From NCBI GenBank assembly GCA_027002375.1, contig JALWZX010000011.1, forward strand, positions 18,317 through 82,316: a stretch of DNA of 64,000 nt, written 5' to 3'. This document shows, piece by piece, positions 10,401-18,825 of the stretch (position 1 is the stretch's first letter; each line of letters opens with the position of its first letter). The DNA is from a candidate division WWE3 bacterium (lineage in GTDB: Bacteria > Patescibacteriota > WWE3 > 2-01-FULL-39-13). A program made the position numbers and the translations under genes. The notes beneath the pieces were generated by a model. The model did not search any database. It was not told where the DNA came from and saw only the letters and a list, made by a program, of their open reading frames with translations.

Positions 10401-11211
10401 GTACAACTTCATACTCAACTTCTAGCACAGGAGATATATCAATAGTAGAAGAGTGTTCTTTAGAGTAAAAGTTATATTGAACATTGCTAGATGAAAAGGA
10501 ATCTATATACATACCATTATTCTTTATTGTTCCATTTACCAAATCTTGAATTAAATCGGTAACGTCTATCGTTACATCACCATTTATACTAGAAATCATA
10601 GGCGATTGTGCATAAGTCTTGTCACCCATTTGTGGCCTTGTATTCCACGTTACACTTCGCTCGTTCCAATCACCTTCAACACCTTTCACTTTAAACCAAA
10701 TAGAATTTTCATTACTTCTAGCATTAACATGCAATTTTAATTTAGCACTTCTTATAACTTTTCCATTTAATTGGATTAGATCAAACTTTATTAATGGTCG
10801 TTTTATACCTGGCCTAACCGCAACTTCTGTAATATTACCGGCATTGACATCTGGATTCCATCTATCAACAAAAGTGTCTTCTACAGCTCCCAAGTTAACT
10901 CTTGAAACACCCAAAACCTTCGTATCTTTAGATATGCTTGCACTGTTACCTTCTACATTAGCCATTGATAGTTCATGCACATAATCAGGGCATACGCCTT
11001 CAGTAGTAAAGGTAGCATTGTGTACACCACCCTCAAAATCACCATTAACAATTTTACTGGAATCTTCTGACGAGGCTTTTTGTATAAAATTTACACTAAG
11101 AAAAGTAGCACCAACTAATACAAAAGCTAGAATTGCAAGCAAAATTACAACAAGATAATTTTTCCTGAGAATCTTAACACGATAATATAACTTCTTAAAA
11201 GGTCTGGACAT
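4405..11211 (-). CDS. giant (2268 aa) membrane-anchored surface protein with DNRLRE-like module, two glycoside-hydrolase-like TIM-barrel regions and beta-sandwich/CBM-like modules
   Basis: N-terminal TM anchor (LVVILLAILAFVLVGATFL). DNRLRE-like motif (RPLIKFDLIQLNGKVIRSAKLKLHV). Clan GH-A-like signatures (YVEFGSEPEIWW ... IPTEWETSG). A second TIM-like region (GVVYGPGSAGEAKPW...). Several Ig/CBM-like stretches. Confidence 0.7.
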   Translation of the reverse strand: MSRPFKKLYYRVKILRKNYLVVILLAILAFVLVGATFLSVNFIQKASSEDSSKIVNGDFEGGVHNATFTTEGVCPDYVHELSMANVEGNSASISKDTKVLGVSRVNLGAVEDTFVDRWNPDVNAGNITEVAVRPGIKRPLIKFDLIQLNGKVIRSAKLKLHVNARSNENSIWFKVKGVEGDWNERSVTWNTRPQMGDKTYAQSPMISSINGDVTIDVTDLIQDLVNGTIKNNGMYIDSFSSSNVQYNFYSKEHSSTIDISPVLEVEYEVVHDASQNEKNSTPDLSDNVENIPAGGIIPNDSDDMDVKTYKLPEPVRKDTINTSGLMVDRSDIDDAQRWIDRNPGVHIILMNVSWAQTDGDWGRIKNQLNKLRPENKVIIRLMSSGYSDFSKLPNGQQYDAYVPQRIASNPSNMIYVNDDAKCSAWRLNYLSPSTISEMKKWTRSFAKEFKNDDRVIGVVYGPGSAGEAKPWMTTQYGGCSTDAWRDAFMNSSYKYKETKDPRYVYDYIVPVVSEIGEEWKDVSKDISVQTSSGYVFPFMGEAWRKYLAKYRVGIQESGLYPIQTGCLKAFDKRYNRIYMQLQYPKYTPADFDVHMHTMWLEAEALGWGYPSNREYHHFYEPYVSSRALFEWTFRNSVARRNRRIMLWMSNDPNDPVTGSWYKIPQDIIAFGNKYLGIPPKDNDTIWITFKGRPVNDNFYCFDYFNYTYGMKTDLELANRWSPKNSDDLTAWSKDKEFRDLTKSTGEGKNDWRYYSARYIDKNILIDVDDEWVKKLNGKKVLLKMTWLDNDNGTFDIVYAGESGSTKLVTVKKHNTKKWVSGSWIIENPVFNGAIGDSNSNLPDYLKPRWPNGFDIMLKDNSDGRDVISELILTTAGTGVQTFDVGDSAGFETNDTKTEVEKSQVCTVGTVGNKWRRVGPVTVPQGFLVTSVKSATGKKSQKIHAEGAEVGIKYDSDLLLDSNTYSISADVFVERGKLRVFIKDATDDSVVVVQDVSKSENWDNINLVFKAHSGRKYNLYFLSDSNASNDFYIDNVTLMKNVTNDNETDEITGFSGTEISSLEMNVENKYVSAFSRALLGQNLTPKASSVLNENDESLYIAPLKDLKVPLYRYSDKSYVYIPNPDINEWSFASGSDDYIKKYDGSSVEFVRSGRIFQYIDAKKFKKGAKYKVSVVYSVIGDHAMVNNKMRLRGTVVYKDQLRFYIGSTMLFDENVQNVDNTSNHKTKSIYFTYNPLLNKDAGVVRIVIGLTDRNDDNTKLIVDKFSIREVDNNGNSVGQELVDDSDFNRVVFKDGRFPLTSGLLDKYLSLAKSINGDFIFSVQPGATIEPSSCKSGHCNTNADAIRNDVINNPDFDEMIRELFDIIDYSKEVGKPIKYVEFGSEPEIWWTNYDNSYNYGIGHDRVYARYKLYGEMYALFAKRFKQRYSDVELGAYIGYGDSWKYSLNGFWDGFNKVDNGNIAKPDFWTPHSYPLRAWGDGLCRVNDSVDKKACVDNSLANYGKDVYCDRSVNEIVTSDERGKEIVIGNVNVNLSDNVKSKIEKDIESYKFLDAFYECSTQYLNNKGLSNVKYIPTEWETSGSTSVAWGTVSDELFTADMLSRYAKLGVYGATHFSTWGGDSIISGYGNVSPPYLTFKLYDKYISRAPYMLETNNDKEETVSTYAYTDKKNAVYFVIVNRHIRDGYSSVKLNLPGGLNLDKSNVQEYVVGCYEESRGSSCIYDADRSALNGVLVDYRNADNVLNTVAPKTVDLSNDTIKVKNHSWYLLKYTIDNNPPPGNICFSDNSIKFDNINVIQSINPAPSVKVTVSIKTGSDISDGARLKLSRIYVSDGITVEKTIVNNVAVAKNTDYNFADVYNYKDERNTTDEFPLNSKFKYKVVISDDGCSDEATDVINDLNLFDPQGMVVAKNDICTVKGWVRDQDKPAEGVGINIAIDDPSNRIKDMVADDYRSDLEVQFGGKKFAYHGFSVNLDNYINDEVEHKVYIVAKNIEGTGGNDTEIWNSPVAIRCLKPESPRTKKIVMSAKKENFGDVDRLPRISVYNGDTKYTSVYIDKDDFNDYVVEVPVGTDIKDLDFVYDNDDSSEESGLDVNLVIKSIKDNDTNVVYDNLSASYCKYNFFDENFDLHMYCGGDIRVVGDDTQNSRIEYVIARSQVSGIAKSKRAKLSIMLNDRLIGTAFVEDLSNHKYPFRVPLLDGFYPYGDIVFRFDNDFYSSDPSGDLNLVLVSSTNNEKRCDRFILDNTCNKSSDVETYMYCKGNAKVDLNSCVN

Positions 11212-11366
11212 TAATGTAATTATACAATATCTCTATCAATATGAGAACTACAACAAACCATTATCTGCCACAGGTTTATGCATATTATAATATGCTTTAG
11301 CAAGCACTTTTATCAAAAAAATCACAATCTCTTGTATTTCAAGCAATCACCCCTTACAATCAAACC

Positions 11367-12572
11367 ATGACCACTGAAATAACATACTTAATATCATCAA
11401 TAATTGTTACCTTTACCTTATTTGGTGCAGTAATGTATTTCATGAACAAACGTTTCAAAGAAATTCAAGACAAGAATTCCACCAAAGAAAAAGATGAAAT
11501 ATTAACAAAATGGCTTGAAAACATGCAACAAACTCTAGAAACTCGACTTGAAAATGTGCAAGGAACTGTAAACGGGCAACTAAAAAATGTTCAATCTGAA
11601 TTACACCAAACCACAAATACATTAAACAAACGATTCGATTCAAATGCGCAAGATCTAAACAAACGTCTAGACCACTCTGCAGAACTAATGAGCAAACTGC
11701 AAAAAGAACTTGGCTCAATGAGTGAAATTGGTCGAAGCATGAAAGATCTGCAAGACTTTTTAAAATCACCAAAATTAAGGGGAAACATAGGCGAAGAAGT
11801 TTTAAAGGATATGCTAGAACAAATGCTGCCATCTGATCAATACAAACTGCAACATACCTTTTCTACAGGCGATCGCGTAGATGCTTTACTAAAACTAACA
11901 GAAGGTTACGTGTCTGTTGACTCTAAATTCCCAATGGAAAATTTTACAAAAATGATGCAAGCTGAAACACAAGATGATCGTGAAAGATGTAGAAAAGACT
12001 TTCACAAAGATGTTAAAAAGCATATTAATGACATTTCGAAAAAGTACATATTAACAGATGAAGGTACTGTGGATTTTGCTTTGATGTACATACCTAGCGA
12101 AGCGATTTATTACGAAGTGGTAGTAAACAACCCAGAGCTTGGCAAATATGCTTGGGAAAAACGCGTTTTACCAGTATCACCAAACGTATTTTACTCTTAC
12201 TTAAAGGCAATAATGATAGGTTTAGAGGGCAAAAAAGTAGAATCACGCGCGAAAGAAATTTTAAGACAAATTCAGGGTATCAAAAAAGATGCAGAAAAGT
12301 TTTCTGATGGGTTGCGGGTTTTAACAAAACATATAACAAATGCTAAAAACTCTGCCGACACAGTAAATAGCAGCTTCGAAAAACTAGACGCAAAAATTGA
12401 CAATTTAAGTAATGTTCAAATAGCTGGTGAAGAGAAAGCAAATATAATTGAAAGTGATATGGGGAATTCAACCGAAAATGTTGCATTAGAATCGAATTCA
12501 AATGATTCAAATGGCAAAAACAACAGCACCGACACCTCGCATGATTCAGAACAAATTGGTTTGATAGATTAA
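11367..12572 (+). CDS. rmuC: DNA recombination protein RmuC
   Basis: N-terminal TM followed by a long coiled coil. Conserved RmuC core (PKLRGNIGEEVLKDMLEQMLP ... VDALLKLTEGYVSVDSKFPMENF ... MYIPSEAIYYE). Confidence 0.8.
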   Translation: MTTEITYLISSIIVTFTLFGAVMYFMNKRFKEIQDKNSTKEKDEILTKWLENMQQTLETRLENVQGTVNGQLKNVQSELHQTTNTLNKRFDSNAQDLNKRLDHSAELMSKLQKELGSMSEIGRSMKDLQDFLKSPKLRGNIGEEVLKDMLEQMLPSDQYKLQHTFSTGDRVDALLKLTEGYVSVDSKFPMENFTKMMQAETQDDRERCRKDFHKDVKKHINDISKKYILTDEGTVDFALMYIPSEAIYYEVVVNNPELGKYAWEKRVLPVSPNVFYSYLKAIMIGLEGKKVESRAKEILRQIQGIKKDAEKFSDGLRVLTKHITNAKNSADTVNSSFEKLDAKIDNLSNVQIAGEEKANIIESDMGNSTENVALESNSNDSNGKNNSTDTSHDSEQIGLID

Positions 12573-12574
12573 TT

Positions 12575-13510
12575 ATGAACCCGAATATTGCAGATATTGA
12601 GCTACCACTTAATGCAGACCCTAAAGATACAATTGCTACACCAACATCTAGCGATCCCACAGATGAAAAAGAAATGCCACCATCACACGAACAATCTATT
12701 TCACCCGCACAGATAAAAAACATAAGAGCATCTACAGCAATGTTGTTTTTAACCCTAATGCTACTCTTGTCATCATGCCAAAACACAAGCGATACCATAA
12801 ACTTAGCAAACCAAATAAATGCTCTTAACCAACAATTAATTGCAACAGCTATTCCCCAAGAAAGATATGAATTCTTAATGCAAAACCCACCTCAACCATT
12901 TGAATATAATGGGTTTCCAGCTTGGTTTGGTGATTACATGAAACAAATAGAATCAAATAAAAGCGATAAAACGTTTATAAAAATTGAGAACCCCGACGAT
13001 AATGGTGCTTTTGCAATCACATTCAACCTATTAGACCTGTTAGATACAGATAATATATTGCCTTCAAATGCAAAAACCGTACAAACACCCTTCGCAGTTT
13101 TATTAACAATATCGCCAGAAGACATTATTAGATCTTTTGAAAACAAGGGAATACAACATGCAGCTACCCACGCATTACCACTTCACACTCCTGAATCCGT
13201 AACATCTAATCATTCAATACAATACACACCAACACTAGTTATGCCGTCTGAAAACGAAGATTTTCCAATATTGGGCAGAGCATTTTCAATGTGCCTAAGA
13301 GAAACAGACACTGACAAAAACCAAACAATTCGCGAAACAGGAATCGCTTATATATTGCTAGGAATAAAAGAAGGTAACAGCATAAGGCCACTAACTTCAG
13401 CCGACATAACAAATCCAAAAGATAAAGAACTAGCTTTATTCTTAGTCATCAATAACCCAGACAATTCAGAAAAATACATTCCCTTCTCTCAATACGTAAA
13501 TGTCAACTAA
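12575..13510 (+). CDS. putative lipoprotein of unknown function
   Basis: Hydrophobic segment followed by a lipobox-like LLLSSC. No catalytic motifs recognised. Confidence 0.5.
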   Translation: MNPNIADIELPLNADPKDTIATPTSSDPTDEKEMPPSHEQSISPAQIKNIRASTAMLFLTLMLLLSSCQNTSDTINLANQINALNQQLIATAIPQERYEFLMQNPPQPFEYNGFPAWFGDYMKQIESNKSDKTFIKIENPDDNGAFAITFNLLDLLDTDNILPSNAKTVQTPFAVLLTISPEDIIRSFENKGIQHAATHALPLHTPESVTSNHSIQYTPTLVMPSENEDFPILGRAFSMCLRETDTDKNQTIRETGIAYILLGIKEGNSIRPLTSADITNPKDKELALFLVINNPDNSEKYIPFSQYVNVN

Positions 13511-13511
13511 A

Positions 13512-14225
13512 TCAATATTTCTTACTATCCCCACCAAACCGCCTCTCACGACCAGCATAATCCTTCAAAGCCTTTTTATACTCATCAACACCAAAATCTG
13601 GCATAAACGTATCCGTAAAATAAAGCTCGGCGTCAGCTATCTGCCAAATCAAATATCCAGAAGTCCTCAAATTTCCCCCTGTTCTAATCATAAAATCAAC
13701 ATCAGGTTGCCCAGCAGTATACAAATGCTCACTAATCGTCTCTTGTGTAATATTTTTTGGTGGAATTCCCTCACTAACAATTTCTTTAACAGCTTTTGTA
13801 ATTTCTGCTCTACCCTCATACCCAATAGCCCAATTAACAACAAGTTTAGGATTATCAACTTTTTGAGACATTTTCTTATTCGCCAACCTAGCCAGCCCCT
13901 TAGGAAAACCATCCCAAGAACCAATATGTCTATTCTCTACACCATTCTTACGTGCTCGATCAAACAAGCTCTCATTATTAAGCTCAGCCTCAAAAAGCTT
14001 CATCGCAGCAGACACAAAATCTTTACTACGCTTAAAATTCTTAGGAGACCATGCCCAAAGAGTCAAATACTCAACACCAATATTAGCAGAGTACTCAATC
14101 AACTCTTCAATACGTTTCAAAGCCTCTTTATGCCCCTCTACATAAGGCAAATTATGTGATACAGCCCACCTTCTGTTACCATCCATAATAATGGCTACAT
14201 GGGTGGGGGTATTTAGCTTAAACAT
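13512..14225 (-). CDS. uppS: isoprenyl transferase (undecaprenyl diphosphate synthase)
   Basis: HVAIIMDGNRRWA motif. IRTGGNLRTSGYLIWQ...WPDF-type C-terminus typical of cis-prenyltransferases. Confidence 0.9.
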   Translation of the reverse strand: MFKLNTPTHVAIIMDGNRRWAVSHNLPYVEGHKEALKRIEELIEYSANIGVEYLTLWAWSPKNFKRSKDFVSAAMKLFEAELNNESLFDRARKNGVENRHIGSWDGFPKGLARLANKKMSQKVDNPKLVVNWAIGYEGRAEITKAVKEIVSEGIPPKNITQETISEHLYTAGQPDVDFMIRTGGNLRTSGYLIWQIADAELYFTDTFMPDFGVDEYKKALKDYAGRERRFGGDSKKY

Positions 14226-14342
14226 TTATTTATTTGTTAAATATATCATAAAATTACTGATTGCCAAATTATAACATACAGTTAACAATCATTAACAAAT
14301 GTCGTATAATTTGTCAGAAGTGGTTGTAAAACATACCCTAAA

Positions 14343-15365
14343 ATGGAAGAAGCACATATTAAGGAACATACACAAAATAAAATAACATTGGTTTGTAACC
14401 CAATATTCGTTGCTGCAACGCATTATGAGGACGCATTAACACCAAGAGATATACCTATAGCATCTTTTCAAGAGTTTGAACACAGTCCTGATCCAGTAAT
14501 TAGTTGGGCGTTACACAGGGTTGCCGAAACGTCTGCGTCAGATGCTTTGCGTCAAATCAGTAGCGAATTGATTTATAGAAGACCACCCTACTATGTACGA
14601 ACCGCCCCATCCCCAAAGGCTAAAGGGATATTTGACATGGTAGTTGCCGACGCTTTGGAACCAATTAATATAGGGAAAAATACACTTCTACTATTTTCAC
14701 ACGCCTCAAGGATCATCTCAAAACATCCAGATATTGGTTCGAGAAAAGCATATGTACTTGGGTTACTTGAAAACCAAAAAGAAACTGATCGATTGTTAGG
14801 CTCATCATCTATCCAGGCAATAATAGCATTTGCAACAGCATTAGGTTTGCAAAGAAGAGATTTTATTACTATAGATATGCACGATCCTCGCCACTCTAGA
14901 TTTAGAATCGAAGACGATACTGGAGTGGACGTAACTGCAATTCACTCTTATTTGAAACAATCCTTAGGACGCACAAAATTAGACACACGGACACTCGTAG
15001 AACTAGGTGAGTTGTGGAAAAGTATAGAAATGCCATTAATATCTGCTACATCACGTAGTAGAGTTAATAGTTTTACCAGTATAATAGTAACAAAAGCTTT
15101 TACTGATATCATCGTTACACATTATAAAGAAAACCGAATTGTCCCACGGGAAGCACGAAAACTTGCTGGTAAAAACCCGCTTACAGGTCCAATATATGGC
15201 AACATATCAATAGTATTCGAGTCGACCGCAACGCTTGCTTTACTTAGAGCATTGAAAAGCACATCAATAGACAGGGATACACTAATTACTGTCATAAAAA
15301 ACAACTATCCAACCACGCAATTCAGTCTAGCCAAACCAAGAATGTCCATAAAACCAACCGTGTAA
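14343..15365 (+). CDS. hypothetical protein (340 aa), compositionally GC-shifted relative to neighbours
   Basis: Intact ORF. Visibly higher G+C and more CGN/GCG codons than flanking genes. Co-oriented with the downstream aldolase and kinase. Confidence 0.45.
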   Translation: MEEAHIKEHTQNKITLVCNPIFVAATHYEDALTPRDIPIASFQEFEHSPDPVISWALHRVAETSASDALRQISSELIYRRPPYYVRTAPSPKAKGIFDMVVADALEPINIGKNTLLLFSHASRIISKHPDIGSRKAYVLGLLENQKETDRLLGSSSIQAIIAFATALGLQRRDFITIDMHDPRHSRFRIEDDTGVDVTAIHSYLKQSLGRTKLDTRTLVELGELWKSIEMPLISATSRSRVNSFTSIIVTKAFTDIIVTHYKENRIVPREARKLAGKNPLTGPIYGNISIVFESTATLALLRALKSTSIDRDTLITVIKNNYPTTQFSLAKPRMSIKPTV

Positions 15366-15380
15366 AACCAATGCAAATCC

Positions 15381-16358
15381 ATGGCACGCATAATAACTGA
15401 CCAACAAACCAACAACTTAGATGACACAACAATAGTGGTGAGAATTCCAAATACTAATGCTACAATAGAAACAATGACTGAACCACAAAAAGACAAACCT
15501 ACCCTAAAACAACCAATTAAAATTTTCGCGATAGACCACAGAGGCTCACTTAAAAAGATTCTAAACGAAAACCTATTATCAAAATTCAAGTTATTAACAA
15601 CGAAAACGTTCGCCCCTTATAACACAGCGGTTTTAGTCGATCCTGAATATGGGGCTGAAACGATTGAATTTGTAAAAAACAATCATCTTCAACTGCTTCT
15701 GACTCGTGAAAAAACTGGTTATACACCAAGCGATGGCGGTCGCGAATTAGAGTTATACGAGAAATTTACTTCTCAAAAGCTAAAAGAAATGGGGGCAAGT
15801 GCAATCAAACTTTTATATTATTACAATTCAAAAGCTCCTAATACGTTCGACCAGCTTACAATGCTGAAAAAGGTTAAAGCCGAAGCCGATGCGGTTAATT
15901 TACCACTTTTGGTTGAACCTATTACCTACCCTTTAGAAAATGATGTGGAATTCAACCGTGGTACCGAAACCTTGCGTGCTATCGAAGCAATTCAACCACA
16001 TTGTGATATTTTAAAGATTGAATTCCCAACTAACACGAACTTTCATAAGTTATTCGACAAAATGCCAGAAGATATAGACGAACAAGTTAATGCTGGGTTA
16101 AACGAAGGTATTAAGTATCTAGAAAAATTCCCTACTCTAATCGATAAACCCTGGGTTCTGTTAAGTCGTGGCATGCCATTTGATGTTTACATTGAAGCAT
16201 TAAAGCTCTCTAAACAATATGGAGCAAGCGGTTACGCAGTCGGTCGTGCGGTATGGCAAGAAATTTCTGAAATGAATTCCAACTGGCAAAAAATCGAGGA
16301 ATTTATAACAACAACTGCCCTCGAAAGAATGCAAGAAATTTCAGCTACATTTGATTAA
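15381..16358 (+). CDS. class I ketose-bisphosphate aldolase, LacD/tagatose-1,6-bisphosphate aldolase-like
   Basis: IFAIDHRGSL matches the LacD N-terminal motif (AFDQRGAL). TIM-barrel-like repeat pattern with AIKLLYYY...ADAVNLPLLVEP...CDILKIEFP. Confidence 0.55.
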   Translation: MARIITDQQTNNLDDTTIVVRIPNTNATIETMTEPQKDKPTLKQPIKIFAIDHRGSLKKILNENLLSKFKLLTTKTFAPYNTAVLVDPEYGAETIEFVKNNHLQLLLTREKTGYTPSDGGRELELYEKFTSQKLKEMGASAIKLLYYYNSKAPNTFDQLTMLKKVKAEADAVNLPLLVEPITYPLENDVEFNRGTETLRAIEAIQPHCDILKIEFPTNTNFHKLFDKMPEDIDEQVNAGLNEGIKYLEKFPTLIDKPWVLLSRGMPFDVYIEALKLSKQYGASGYAVGRAVWQEISEMNSNWQKIEEFITTTALERMQEISATFD

Positions 16359-16425
16359 GTTTGGCAAGAACAAACTATTTCAATTACATACTTCACCAAT
16401 CTACATATTTTGTTAATATCTAATT

Positions 16426-17292
16426 ATGTACATATCAATAGATATCGGTGGAACCAAAACAAGAGTTACGTCAAAGTCAAAAATTGACCAACAAAACCTA
16501 ATAGATTTTGAAAAATTTCACGTTTTCAATACACCAAAAAACTTAAAATCCCTTAAATCACATATCAAAGAAACAATACTCGATAATTTTCAAATAAAAG
16601 AGACAGAAATAGATGCTCTAATTATAGGCGTAGCTGGAATGATAGACAGAAAAGAACAAAAAGTGTTATTTGCACCCAATGTTCCCTATCTAAATACAAA
16701 AAAAGTATTAGAAATCGTGCCGTTCAAGAACCTAAAGAAAAATACAGCTTTCGTAGAAAACGATGCATCTCTAGCAGGTCTAGCCGAATCAGTTGCAGGT
16801 GTCGCAACAGCATACAATGTAGTTGCATACATAACAATCAGCACAGGCGTAGGTGGTGAACGTATAATAAACAAAAAAATAGACGACTCAAGATACAATT
16901 ACGAACCCGGCCATCACATAATAGATCGCGAAGGCCCAACAGACACCAAAACTGGCATACATGGCTCATTTGAAGCATTTTCTTCAGGCAATGCTTTTAG
17001 AGAAATTTATCAGTTGTCCCCGCAAGATTGTGTAGACGACTTAATCTGGGAATCTTACGCAGAAGATCTATCGGTTGGTTTGTACAATGTAATCATGATG
17101 TGGCAACCCGAAGTAATAGTGCTAGGCGGTGGACTTTCACAAAAAGCTGATTATTTTTTAAAGCATTTACAAGAATATCTAGACAACATGGTTTGGTTCA
17201 ACCGCCCTATTCCAGACATAAAAGTCTCACATTTCGATAATAAAAACGTACTAATTGGCGGTTATGTCTATCTAAATCAAAAAATAAATTAA
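16426..17292 (+). CDS. ROK-family sugar kinase (glucokinase-like)
   Basis: N-terminal ISIDIGGTKTR. ENDASLAGLAE motif. Second ATPase motif ITISTGVGGERI. EPGHHI motif. ASKHA-fold signatures. Confidence 0.65.
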   Translation: MYISIDIGGTKTRVTSKSKIDQQNLIDFEKFHVFNTPKNLKSLKSHIKETILDNFQIKETEIDALIIGVAGMIDRKEQKVLFAPNVPYLNTKKVLEIVPFKNLKKNTAFVENDASLAGLAESVAGVATAYNVVAYITISTGVGGERIINKKIDDSRYNYEPGHHIIDREGPTDTKTGIHGSFEAFSSGNAFREIYQLSPQDCVDDLIWESYAEDLSVGLYNVIMMWQPEVIVLGGGLSQKADYFLKHLQEYLDNMVWFNRPIPDIKVSHFDNKNVLIGGYVYLNQKIN

Positions 17293-17318
17293 TATTTTGG
17301 GGGGAATCAAGCCGAAAA

Positions 17319-18494
17319 TCACTGTTTCTCAGCTGATCCTGCAAACAAACCTTTCGCTGTATACCAAAAGAATGGGTTGTTATTTTGCTCTTTTTCCCAA
17401 AGCCACCATTCTGCGCCCCACACATAAATATCTTTAACACCTGACTTTTGCGCATAGTTTAACGTTTGCCAAAAGTGTCTCTTAGACATTGTTTTGTCTT
17501 TTTGTTCCTGTGTTAATTGGGAATTCAAACCTGGTCCCCATGGCTCAGCTTGCAATTCAGTAACAATTAATTTATCAAATGGAACACCAGTTAAATGAGC
17601 TTTTATTTTATATGTCCAATGAGCCAATGGATACTGAAAATAGATTGATTTCCCAAAAACTAACCCCCAAAAATCGAACCAAATACGTCTATACATCGAA
17701 ATTGCTAAATAATCTGCCAAATTATAAGTCATAAACCATACCCCACCCTCGCCACTATCTTGTATTACAATTGGGCGATTATGATCGTCAGCTTTTCTTA
17801 CAATTGCAACCTCATCTTTGACCTCATCTACCGTTACAGGCTCACAAACTCCAAACGGAAAAAATGGCTCATTTTCAACCTGCCACATTTTAATATTATC
17901 GTAATCTTTTAGTTCCATGACAGTTCTTTCAACAAATTCATATTGTTCAATCTTTTTCATTTCCGAACTGTTGATTTCATGCCACCATTTTGGTGCAAAA
18001 CACTCTGGCCATCGTGGCACCTTTCGCCCAACTGTAAGAATAACATCTGCATCGCGTTTTTGAGCTTCAGCTAATTGCCATTTAATTCTAGAGTAATCAT
18101 AGCGGTCGTTTTGGGGCTCGATTTCGCTCCAATATGCAACCAACCGCAAATGTTTAACACCTAAATCATCTAAAATCTTTGTATAAGTATCTCTCCAATC
18201 GAGCCCCATCTCTTCAGAATACAAATCACTAAAAGTGATACCCCAATTAACATTTTTGGCTGGTTTTGGTCGCCAAATAAAAAATAATATAAGTGGAAAT
18301 GCTAAAAACAGAATAAACGTAATGGTTAAAATTTTAAGTAGTTTTAAGCTAAACAGCTTTCTTAACAAGCATTCTGCCTCTTGTACATCGTTATTTCCAA
18401 CACAAACAATTCTTTGCTTTATTTTTTTGTGGGAATTCTTATCGTTTTTTACAGCTTTTTCATTGCTAGTACTATTAGATAACTTTTTAGGCAT
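17319..18494 (-). CDS. membrane-anchored glycoside hydrolase, clan GH-A (GH5/GH113-like)
   Basis: Basic cytoplasmic N-terminus plus TM. Catalytic acid/base motif WQVENEP. Nucleophile motif VTELQAEPWG. Aromatic-rich barrel. Confidence 0.6.
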   Translation of the reverse strand: MPKKLSNSTSNEKAVKNDKNSHKKIKQRIVCVGNNDVQEAECLLRKLFSLKLLKILTITFILFLAFPLILFFIWRPKPAKNVNWGITFSDLYSEEMGLDWRDTYTKILDDLGVKHLRLVAYWSEIEPQNDRYDYSRIKWQLAEAQKRDADVILTVGRKVPRWPECFAPKWWHEINSSEMKKIEQYEFVERTVMELKDYDNIKMWQVENEPFFPFGVCEPVTVDEVKDEVAIVRKADDHNRPIVIQDSGEGGVWFMTYNLADYLAISMYRRIWFDFWGLVFGKSIYFQYPLAHWTYKIKAHLTGVPFDKLIVTELQAEPWGPGLNSQLTQEQKDKTMSKRHFWQTLNYAQKSGVKDIYVWGAEWWLWEKEQNNNPFFWYTAKGLFAGSAEKQ

Positions 18495-18825
18495 TAAAAC
18501 AATTATACTAGTTTTTCAAAACATATGTAATCATCGATTTTTCACGCATGAATTGAGTTAATTACATAATAATTAGCGATCATTTATCACTGACTTACAT
18601 AGTGATACCTGTGATGATATTCAATACCATTTCTGAAAACTTTAGATTTAGTTTACAAAAATTTTTGTTTTGTACTTATTATCATAGAAAACAATAAATT
18701 TTTGCACGTAACCTCTCATCTCTAAAACACCAATTGCACATTGTCTACCACTCAACTTCCGTACACTTATTTTACACAAACATGGCGTATAAGATATGCG
18801 TAAATTCATGGTATAATTTAATTAA

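Noticed and set aside
5317-10984. Numerous 60-135-aa plus-strand ORFs inside the 2268-aa minus-strand gene
   Set aside because: These are antisense shadow ORFs inside a long, motif-supported CDS. No independent signals.
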